From Rhizodiscina lignyota (taxonomy: Eukaryota), in assembly GCA_010015805.1 (NCBI GenBank), contig ML978123.1, positions 3,216,798 through 3,236,797 on the forward strand: a DNA stretch of 20,000 nucleotides, read 5' to 3'. Shown piece by piece: positions 12,001-19,825 of the stretch (position 1 is the first letter of the stretch; the number at the start of each line of letters is the position of its first letter). A program made the position numbers and the translations under genes. The notes under the pieces are model-generated. The model made no database searches. It saw only the letters and a list, made by a program, of their open reading frames with translations, and had not been told where the DNA came from.

Positions 12001-15000
12001 ATCCTTCTGAGCCCGCAGCGGAGCCAGAAGCTGAGGATGACTCGTGGCCAACCCCTGGAAAGAAAAAGGATAAGAAGGGCAAGAAAGGGAAGAAGTCAGC
12101 TGCAGCTGCCGCAAGTCGCATGCCTGTTGGAGCAGTTACTGCAATGCAGGAGAGGGAGAAGCCAAAGGAGGAGGAGCTCTTGGAAGTTCCATCAAGGAAG
12201 GGTAGTAAGAAGGGCAAGAAAGGGAAGAAGGTATCCAAGACTAGTACTGAAGACGAATGGTCTGGAACTGGTACAACGACACCGGCGATTGAGGAAGAAC
12301 CTGTCGTTGTCGAACAGCAAGAGAGGGATATTATCCCGATCGAAGAGGATCAAGCTTCAACTACTGCTCCTGCGACTGAAGAAATTAGTACGGCAATGGA
12401 GGAAGAGCCCTTCATTGCCAAGGAGCCAGAAAGGAGCATTACACCAATGGAGGAAGATCACACTTCAAACATCATTCCATCAACCGAAGCGATCAACGCC
12501 GAAGGCAAAAATGCAGAAGCTGTGATTGCTGAAGAGCACCTGGAAATGTCCCGTGACGATATTGCGACAATGGACATAAGGACACCAGCGGTTGAAGATG
12601 TACCTCTCACTGCCGAACGACACGAACGGAGTGTTACTCCGACCGAGGAGGATCAAACTCATCCACCGATCGAACCAGTCAGCGCTAAAGGCGAAAATGC
12701 GGAAGCTGCGATTGCTCAAGATACCCCGGACAAAAATATTACGACAGCAAGGACTCCTGAGCTCCCGGAGGCGTTGGACGATCGACATCGAGAAAGCGTG
12801 TACACCGAGTTTGAAGAAGATCGCGAAGAAGATCACGAGCAAGACAGGGATCACTATGATATGCTAGCTGCAGCTACAGCGGGTGGATTGGCTATTGCTG
12901 GTGGACTTGCAGCGCATCATTTGCTGGCGAAACATGATGACGACAGCGGAGAGATACGACAAGAAGATATTCGCGAACCAGAAATGCTTGTACCTGGCAG
13001 GTCGCCATCAACGAGGCCGAGCTCATCTCATGGTGGCTCTCAGCAAGGCGACATCTCAAGCGCGTACGAACCTACGTGGTCGTTCCCAACCAACCGTGAC
13101 AGTGCAATTCAAGTCAATGATTCTCCCGTGGTCGCTGAAGCATTAACGCCGCGGGATGTCACACGCGACAGTGGATATCACGACACGCCAATGACGCCAG
13201 CTGCACCAGAGCAATTCCAGAGACTCGCCCAGGTGCCAGAGACACACGCCTCGCCGATGCCGACAGGGACTGCAACAAGTTCTTCTGATCCACTTCATGT
13301 TTCTGTCGAAGTTGGCCCAGATTGGGATTTGACTACGGCTGGCGATCATCCTCCGCTAGTCGAGCACATTGACCAACCACCCATGACTGAGTCGAGCAGA
13401 GACATCGACATGGCCGATGAAAGCGAATCTCTCCCAGAGCACGATACAATTCGTGACATGGACATTGTCTCTCCACTGCAGTCTGCAACAAAGGACCGGT
13501 CATCAGTTCTCTTCAATTCATCACCATCTACACGCGACACTCCTGGCGTGGAAATTACTCAGCATGCGATGCCAGAATCACCTATCGAAGAAACGACAAT
13601 ACTCTCGCAAGCACCAAGAGCCATTGATGACCCATCGCTCTTCATTACGCCTCGTACACCAGGGCCGCCTCTCGACACAATTCCTGAGCACAGTCCAGAA
13701 GACTCTCCACTGCTCAAGAAAAGTCGCCCTCTCAGCGACGTTGGAGAACCCAAGCACGGACTGAAAGCTCCGAGACGAACAGAGACCCCCGAGACAATCA
13801 GAAAAGTCAGAGAGACCTCTCCACTGCCGAAGCTGCAGACAATCCCATCAGCAGAGAGCAGCAGAGAGACATTGGAGCCCAAACAGCCTTTATCGATGGA
13901 CGAGCTTATCGCGCGCAAGTCATGGCCTCCACTCGATGAAGAGCATGAGACTGTGGATCTGGATCGTCGTCTTCGTCGCAGCTCTGAAAAGAGATCAATT
14001 TCGGGATCTCCAAGTCCAGTCATTGGAGCTGCTCCGAAGCAAAGACCGCAGCGTGTCTTGTCTCCGGCGGAGAGAATGCGGTCGCCGGCATTGCGATCTC
14101 CCAGCGTGCTAAGCGACAAGTCGAGTGGTAGCGTCGAGAGATCTGGTGTGCGCCTTCAGGCTGCGGAGCATCACCGAACTTTGAGCTCGTCAAGCCAGGG
14201 CTCCGCACACTCTCTTCGCAGAGTCAGTCGAAGCGTGTCAGGTGACTTGCGGGCGGCAAGCAAGCTCGGAGAATCAAAGGGCCGAGCCGAGGCCGCCAAG
14301 GCCGGGTCGAGCTGGGAAAACGCCGGCTTCTCGCCCTCCGAACAACAACAACTGCCAGCAAACTTGGGCTTCGAACCGCAACCCGGCGCCCGCTACAAGG
14401 GTAAAGGCCGAGCTGTAGACATGGCCGATGTCTATGTAAGTGCGCGACTTTAATTCCGATGGCTTTTTGATGATAAAGTGCAATGCTGATTTATTACGCG
14501 TTGTAGGAGGCCTATGGCGAGGCGCGAGGATCGCCCATGTCCCCGACGCGCCCGCCGAGCGTGCGGAAGCGACAGAGCCTGCATATCATGGATCTCGAAT
14601 CCAAACTCGACCAAATCTCCTCTGAAAACAGAGCGCTGCAAGACTCGATTTCCAAGGCGGAACATCAAGCGCAACTTGCTAGTCAGCAAATTGACGTCCA
14701 CGCGCAGAGTATCCGCCAAGCCACGGACGAGGTTCGAGCACGTGACTTGCAGCTCAGTGAGAAAGATGCGGACATTGCGCAGGCAAAGACGTTGTTGGCG
14801 GCCATGCAACAAGAACTTGCAAGATTAAAACAAGAGAATGAGCAATTTGGTGAATCGCATCGCAGCTTTGAGGCGGATGCCGAGGGCAAATTTGCAGCAC
14901 TGGAAGTGGAACATGCCAAAACCCATCAATCATGGCAAGAGTCGACGCGAGAACTCGACGACCTGCGCAACGAGCATGAGCAACTGAGGAATCAACATGC

Positions 15001-16180
15001 AGAGCTCTCAAGTGGTCTGGAAGAGGTTGTCCGACAGGAGATTGCCAACGCGTTGGCAGATCGGAATGAAGAGATTCGGCGATTGAACGAAGAGCTGGAG
15101 TCTGCAATGGGCCAAATCAAGATGCTGCAACAGCAAATTCTTGAATCGAAACAAGGCGAAACGTTCCTCTCTGTTCGCGATGAGGACTACTTCGACAGCG
15201 CTTGCCAGCAACTATGCCAGCATGTACAACAATGGGTCCTCAGGTTTTCCAAGGTCTCCGACAAGCTCAAGTGCCGGCTATCTACAGATCTCGATAAACT
15301 CAAAGATCTCAAATCAAGTGAACGAGAGAAGCTTGAAGACAGACTGGATAGTGCCGTCCTGGATGGTACGGATGTCGACCTGTTACTGGCAGACCGTATC
15401 AAGAGGAGAGATGTGTTCATGTCGCTAGTCATGAGCATGCTGTGGGAGCATATCTTTACAAGATATCTCTTCGGTATGGACAGGGAGCAGCGGCAGAAGC
15501 TGAAGACGCTCGAAAAGACATTAACGGAAGTTGGCAAGTTCACCTGCAATCCTGTTGTCCGGGTATATTCTAACTGTCTTGAAGGCCCACGAAGAGCAGT
15601 TGCACAGTGGCGTGCTATCACCTTGACATTGCTGTCCAAACGGCCGCAATTCCAATCCCAACGAGCCGATGACACCGAAGCCGTCATGTGGGCCATCTAC
15701 ACCACACTTGCTACTTTACTTCCACCAGAAGCGAAAGAGCAGCCCAGATTGCAAGATTCGTTGCGGAATATTATCCGCCTTGCGGTCGATCTTGCCATTG
15801 AGATGCGCACTCAACGAGCGGAGTACATCATGATGCCACCGCTCCAGCCAGAGTACGATACCAATGGCGATCTGGTTCAGAAGGTGCATTTCAATGCCAG
15901 TTTAATGAATGAGCGAAGTGGTGACACCACAAGCAACGAAGAGCTGGAGCAAAGAGGTGCGGTGGTGAAGATTTTGCTCTTCCCGTTGGTCGTCAAGAAG
16001 GGTGATGATCTCGGGGAAGGGGAGGATGAGATTGTCATATGCCCTGCGCAGGTACTTGTCGCAAAGCCGAGAAGCGACAAGAAGGTTGTCAGGGTGCTGA
16101 GTGGAGCCATGGAGATTGATCCGAGGAAGAGCACGCAAAGTATACTTCCTCCAGAGAGCGTCGCAATGAGCGGGATATAA
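3..16180 (+). CDS. lah: Leashin / LAH Woronin-body tethering protein ('involucrin repeat protein'), 5'-partial; exons <3..14435, 14507..15533, 15585..16180; at least 5,351 aa in window
   Basis: Frame 3 is open from base 3 (SAKRDADERSETSK...SFLGDRAEDNEMAPLP), so the ATG at 270 is internal. The chain is acidic and low-complexity with periodic poly-K clusters. Motifs I recall from Leashin homologues include PTAIPVRF, EMRPLYLVE, LDSEQATPKA and LPxSRPxSP. Splicing gives MADVY|EAYGEARGSPMSPTRPPSVRKRQS, then a coiled coil and the DEDYFDSACQQLCQHVQQWVLRFSK...LLFPLVVKKGDD domain typical of the LAH C-terminus. Stop TAA at 16178-16180. Confidence 0.85.
1476..1889 (+). repeat. Coding minisatellite, 24-nt (8-aa) unit, consensus DVQKPEEL, about 16-17 degenerate copies
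   Basis: DVPNSDEL/DYVRPEEV/DIPKHEEL/DVQKPEDL/DVQKPEEL/DVPKPEDL/DVQKPEEL/EAHKPEEI; the DNA unit is close to gacgttcagaagcccgaagagctt. Confidence 0.85.
2421..2900 (+). repeat. Degenerate internal duplications (IEAPxEQPEQxVVEDxSVxEEPxxQTEQLVP units; PALExxPxIT x2)
   Basis: Seen in the translation: QQVVEDKSVMEEPTEQTEQLVP and QHVVEDRSVTEEPIGQTEQLVP, about 99 nt apart. Confidence 0.7.
3729..3951 (+). repeat. About 90-nt (30-aa) tandem repeat, about 2.5 copies
   Basis: VYPEQLHERSGISEEETVQDRTAETPVVT / VDPSEQQNEPTDIKDEDIVQERSTGTPVAV / VYPPEQQDELASIREE. Confidence 0.7.
5455..6870 (+). repeat. About 150-nt (50-aa) repeat family, core (F)ESQPxERELE(L/I)AxD, 7-8 copies
   Basis: Core starts at 5463, 5613, 5760, 5910, 6066, 6276 and 6726, with a partial copy near 6520. 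The first four are spaced 150/147/150 nt. Confidence 0.8.
7341..7646 (+). repeat. Coding minisatellite, 18-nt (6-aa) unit EPE(I/V)xQ, about 17 copies
   Basis: EPEIPQ EPETLQ EPEVSR EPEIVQ EPEALP ESEISQ EPEVLK EPEVSH EPEAMQ EPEVSP EPVVLQ EPEISQ ELDVPQ EPEVLQ EPESSQ ERDIVP ESELAI. Confidence 0.9.
8739..8897 (+). repeat. Duplicated PDxTRNFIYG unit
   Basis: Exact 20-nt copy acgcgcaatttcatctatgg at 8748-8767 and 8841-8860, plus a degenerate third copy (PRNILTG). Confidence 0.8.
10452..10815 (+). repeat. Coding minisatellite, 12-nt (4-aa) EPxx unit interleaved with 18-nt variants
   Basis: EAPIQEPVLEPVAEPIAEPE...QEPVTEPVTEPVTQSIQESVREPVQDPIHEPIQEPIHE; near-perfect gagccagtaaca x3 at 10656-10691. 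Confidence 0.85.
11230..12290 (+). repeat. Array of acidic-W-x-x-P-G-K-rich(-SGxxTPA) modules at roughly 250-300 nt spacing
   Basis: WDVPGKKKKKGKGKKKASGASTPAIE (about 11241), WAVPGKKKKKDKGKKKASGTSTPAIE (about 11493), WALPGKKKKKGKGKKNRDSGIATPAME (about 11787), WPTPGKKKDKKGKKGKK (about 12045), VPSRKGSKKGKKGKK (about 12186). Confidence 0.85.
14436..14506 (+). other. Spliceosomal intron (71 nt, phase 0) joining the giant exon to the C-terminal exon of lah
   Basis: Donor TAT|GTAAGT at 14436, branch-like GCTGAT at 14485-14490, acceptor TTGTAG| at 14506. Removal fuses the 270..14453 and 14537..16180 ORFs in frame. The giant ORF's stop (14451-14453) lies inside the intron. Confidence 0.92.
14507..16180 (+). 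other. Conserved C-terminal septum-targeting region of Leashin: coiled coil (about 14580-15150) followed by a folded domain with a hydrophobic segment at 15413-15478
   Basis: Heptad-rich L/E/Q/K/R sequence (LESKLDQISSENRALQDSI...LNEELESAMGQIKMLQQQI) is followed by normal-complexity sequence containing Cys/Trp/Phe, unlike the upstream exon. The septal-targeting role is established for Aspergillus LAH C-termini. Confidence 0.7.
15534..15584 (+). other. Predicted non-canonical GC-AG intron (51 nt, phase 1, in-frame, no stop codon) in the lah C-terminal domain
   Basis: Donor G|GCAAGT at 15534, branch TTCTAAC at 15568-15574, acceptor GAAG| at 15584. Removal deletes KFTCNPVVRVYSNCLEG and gives LTEVGPRRAVAQWRA, the form I recall in homologues. 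Confidence 0.8.
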
Positions 16181-16657
16181 TCTTTTCTTCTTCACTTGTG
16201 CAATCTGGTTTTGCACTTTGGTTTTGCACTGCGTTCTCTGGCGTCCTGCAATTCAGCGGCATTTGCAATGGAGGGTTGCAAAGGGACTTTAGATTCTTGC
16301 ATTTTCGTTCTGGGTACGCTCACGAGATGACGAATTTCTTTCTTCTAAAAAATGTGTATTTAGTATATAATTCATCTTTCCTCATCATCCTGCGTCGTAT
16401 GTCCTCGATTGGTAATACTGAGCGCGAGGTACCCCACATGCTCCTCCACGCCATGAGTCGGATGTGATCCCTGGTCGCTTGCCGAAGCCGCCTCCACCCC
16501 CAGATACACGCTTCCTGGGGGAGATCCAGCAATTGCGCTGTCGCATGCACGCCTGCCTGAATCTCTCCTCGACTGTATCCGATGTAGCCTACGGATATAA
16601 TCTTGCTGGTACTTGCATCGACATCGTCAACTTTCCGCGTCGTCTGAAGTGTGGACT

Positions 16658-17943
16658 ATGCCTCTCCGCAGCGAGTGGAGTCTCCCGCGCGAAGGTGAGC
16701 AGCTCAGCTTACCATTACACTGGAGCTCGCTGCGTCACCGCAAGACTACTATTGCATGAGGAAGACGACGCTAACTAGTGGCGATGCAGGATTCGTCTTT
16801 GACACTATCATCCGCTTCCTCAAGCGCACCGCCTTCAATCCTGCCCTCACACTCCCTCTTCTCCTCCTCGCGCGCTACACTTCAAAGGGACGTGATATCG
16901 CCGCGGCGCGTCCGAAAGCGCTGAAATGGCTCAAGACACTGCTGGCATTGGGCCTCTACAATGAAGCCTTGAACTTCATGAGTAGAGGCGCTGTCAACAA
17001 CTGGACAAATGACACGTATGACTGGAGCAAGGAGATTGTGCTCGTGACGGGCGGCAGCGACGGAATTGGCGCATCCGTGGTCAAGATGCTGGCAGAAAGG
17101 GGTATTAAGGTCGTTGTACTGGATGTGCAGCCGCTGAAATACGCCGGTGAGGTCAAATGCGCCTGGTTTCCGGCGGGTCTTGACCACGCCGCGAGCAGAG
17201 TTCTGACACTCTCAACAATAGCTCCGCCGCAGGTCTATTACTTTGAATGTGACCTCTCCAATCCTGCGCAGATCAAGTCGGTGGCAGCCGATGTGATTAG
17301 CTTCGTGGGACATCCTACCATCATCATTAACAATGCGGGCTTTGCACGCGGCAAGGCCTTTATGGACATCTCTCAGGACGATCTGCGTCTGACCTTTCAG
17401 ATCAACACGCTCAGCCACTATCATCTGCTGCAACAGTTTCTGCCTGAGATTGTCAAGCGGAATCACGGCATGGTTGTCACCGTCGCGAGTTCGGCTGCGT
17501 ATGTTACTGCGCCGAGAATCACGGATTACTGCGCGAGCAAAGCAGCAGCTCTGGCAACACATGAAGGATTGCAGGCCGAACTCGCGACCATATACAAGGC
17601 GCCCAAAGTGCGGTGTGTTGCAGTGTGCCAGGGATACACAAAGACGGCATTGTTCGAGGGGTTTGACCAGGGTGACGGATTCTTGAATTACGCACTGGAG
17701 CAGGACACTGTTGCGGAAGCCATCGTGCGAGCGATACTAAAAGGTCGAAGCGATACAATCATTCTTCCACATGTCAATTGGTGGATTGTGGCGCCATTGC
17801 GCGGTACAAGCCTGTGGTGGCAGACAGGCTTGAGGAAGAGGACTGTCAAGCTGATGGAGAAGTTTCACGGCAGACAGGTTGAGCAGCCAAGCGAGACTAA
17901 GGAAGACGGTGAGAAGGTGGAAAGCAGTGGTGTGCTTGTTTGA
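16658..17943 (+). CDS. Classical short-chain dehydrogenase/reductase (retinol dehydrogenase / 17beta-HSD11-like); exons 16658..16694, 16790..17146, 17222..17943; 371 aa
   Basis: Rossmann motif TGGSDGIG, NNAG, catalytic Ser (TVASSA) and YCASK (YxxxK), plus an N-terminal hydrophobic stretch (ALTLPLLLLA). The spliced N-terminus reads MPLRSEWSLPREG|FVFDTIIRFLK. The ORF-track ATG at 16756 lies in intron 1. Confidence 0.9.
16695..16789 (+). other. Intron 1 of the SDR gene (95 nt, phase 1)
   Basis: G|GTGAGC donor, GCTAAC branch at 16770-16775, TGCAG| acceptor at 16789; restores the frame from the ATG at 16658. Confidence 0.88.
17147..17221 (+). other. Intron 2 of the SDR gene (75 nt, phase 1, in-frame, no stop codon)
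   Basis: G|GTGAGG donor, TTCTGAC branch at 17201-17207, AATAG| acceptor at 17221. Removal deletes a 25-aa insertion in the Rossmann fold, giving VLDVQPLKYAAPPQVYYFECDL. Confidence 0.82.
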
Positions 17944-19085
17944 GAGGTATGTGGAACAATTGTGGATACCCCGTATGTCATGTGGATATCTTGTCACGTG
18001 TTTTCTTGGACCATTGGAGGGCCCTGAAGCTCAATATCTATCAATACGCAGTGTGGTTCAATATCGAGATACTTGAATCAAGGGAAACGCTATCAACGAC
18101 CCTACTGAATATGCTTACTCGGATCAGTTCTTTCTGTTCTCGTATTCCGTATAAGCGGATCATCTTCTTTGAGGGTCTCTCTTTTGAGTTCTTTCCATAT
18201 TTCGATGGACAGAAATTTGTCAGGTGTATCAACAAGATGAAGCTTTCTCAAGATTAAACCTTCTATGGAGCGTCGGCATCTGCGAATACCAGTGTGGCCA
18301 ATATCTCTGTTGTTCGGCCTCCAGATCCGTCTCGCGCGCAATCACACACACGTACTCATTACAGAATTGACGCGGAATTCTATTGCTAATCTTTTTACGC
18401 GGATGATATTTCGTGAAGCATGGACTCTAATGAAGATTGCCGCCTAAGTCGGCTTGTCTATAGCAACCCCAGAATATGACAGCTATGAATGCCAACTCAA
18501 CTTCGTCGTGGAGTCGTTGGTAGTGCGATTGTTTAGTTCGAAGACATGTAGGTTAAGTCGATACTAAGATAGTAAACTTGAACTAGAATTGGTAGAACTG
18601 GACTCTAATAACGAAGAAGCTGCTGGATGGTAGATAGGTGAAGTTCGATTAACTGTTCCGGGTTGAGGGAGTTATCGAAGTTGATAGCGATAAAAATGAG
18701 GAGATGTGTTGAATAGAGCGTCCAGAGGGCCCAGGCTCATATGGGTTTCAGCCCAGTCTCCCCTGTATTTAGTACTACATAACCGCCCTCTAATATAGAG
18801 GCTAGCAGAGTCAATTCCATGGCTTCCTAAATCGTTGAACAAGCTGGTTCACACAAAATACTGCGAACAGAAGTCACTACTACACTATGTAGCATTTTAT
18901 ATATTATTTTAAAGAAAACTGACAGCAAATTAAGGCTAATAACATATTGCCCAGAAGGAGTGGACGAAGAAGCACGCTGTCTTCTGCTTTAAACTTAAAA
19001 ATTGCTAGACCCGTTACTCTCCTCTGCTACCAAAATGTATACTCCTAGATTCTCTACCACCCCTCAAATCTATACCCCTTTCTGC

Positions 19086-19550
19086 TCACTAAGTTTTAAC
19101 AGTGTGAACGGTAAAACCAGGCAACATGCCGCGAGACGAAAGGTCCATAACCAACTTCTCCTGGTGGGGAGGATAGTGCGAGAGGTAAACAGAATATGGC
19201 CCCTTGATATCGACCGAGCCGTAGTCATTCTGCATAGTAGGATCCGATGCCGCCTGAGACTGCTAAGAGCGTACGTATTCCATGGCCCCAGAGGACAAGT
19301 CGTCGAAGGTACAGGAGCCATTTCCGTGAAAGGTTATCGTACCTCTGGCGCTAGACCCGGTCGAACTTAAAACCCCAGCCCCGGTCGAACCTTGCGCGCC
19401 TGGCAACGCCATCTCGGAATAGTCGCCGAGCTCTCTCTTAAGGAGGGCAACAGTGGGGATCAAAATGATAGCGGCAGGAGCTGGGCATGGCTGGATATGG
19501 GTATAAACGGCCAACATAGCGGAGGCAACAAAGAGAAGTGTGCGAGCCAT
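19086..19550 (-). pseudogene. Small secreted protein gene (about 153-154 codons) interrupted by one premature TAG at 19265-19263; probable RIP-inactivated or truncated allele
   Basis: Signal-peptide-like start MARTLLFVASAMLAVYTHIQPCPAP and KR at residues 38-39. The frame continues 57 codons past the TAG (QSQAASDPTMQNDYGSVDIKGPYSVYLSHYPPHQEKLVMDLSSRGMLPGFTVHTVKT) to TAG TGA at 19091-19086. The context TCT TAG CAG TCT CAG suggests CAG>TAG. Confidence 0.65.
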
Positions 19551-19793
19551 CTTTAATGTATTAAATTGATAGAGTTGCTTAAGAGGTAAAATAAAGATCG
19601 TGCTAGGAGGTAGTAATGATTTTACTAGATGATAGTCATAATGCGATGGTCTGCTTCATATATTCAAGCTGAGAAGATCAGATCTCACCCTTTAATTGGT
19701 AATTATAAGTGCACAGAGCTTGGTATGACCCTAGTCAACCGCGTCGCTATCGCAAAAGACCTCCAGTTAGTTCAGGTTAGGAGATCGGACGGC

Positions 19794-19825
19794 CACGTGC
19801 ACTGGATCACCGTGCGCATCACGTG
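19794..19825. promoter_or_regulatory. Two CACGTG E-boxes about 245-275 nt upstream of the minus-strand secreted-protein gene
   Basis: CACGTG at 19794-19799 and 19820-19825, both followed by CA. TATA-like elements lie on the minus strand near 19656-19663 and 19701-19707. Function is unproven. Confidence 0.3.

Noticed and set aside
6870..12060. Acidic-Trp motifs as Atg8-interacting (AIM/LIR) or Arp2/3-binding VCA motifs
   Set aside because: The +3 position is usually Pro rather than L/I/V, and no WH2 or central segments are adjacent. The resemblance is superficial.
2985..12240. Lysine clusters as nuclear localisation signals of a chromatin protein
   Set aside because: The overall architecture and C-terminal domain match a cytoplasmic Leashin tether, in which such tracts are a known feature.
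3200..14119. Long antisense ORFs (3200..3943, 7409..8200, 11090..12238, 13559..14119) with F/L-rich pseudo-transmembrane stretches
   Set aside because: They are in-register mirrors of the sense codons (poly-K reads as poly-F/L, Glu as Ser/Phe/Leu). Antisense stops are rare because TTA/CTA/TCA are under-used in the relevant frame.
14537..16180. Separate 547-aa gene (LAH-2-like)
   Set aside because: A canonical 71-nt intron links it in frame to the upstream exon, and there is no room for a terminator or promoter. An internal promoter cannot be excluded without transcript data.
16756..16758. ATG at 16756 as the SDR start
   Set aside because: It lies within predicted intron 1, just upstream of the GCTAAC branch site. 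The ATG at 16658 with a GTGAGC donor gives a better model.
19002..19370. 122-aa + strand ORF and 83-aa - strand ORF (19070..19321)
   Set aside because: They overlap the better-supported secreted-protein frame and show no recognisable protein features.
19356..19390. 11-nt direct repeat cccggtcgaac as a target-site duplication
   Set aside because: The copies are 24 nt apart and in frame within the secreted gene (STG...STG). This is a simple coding micro-duplication with no element between the copies.
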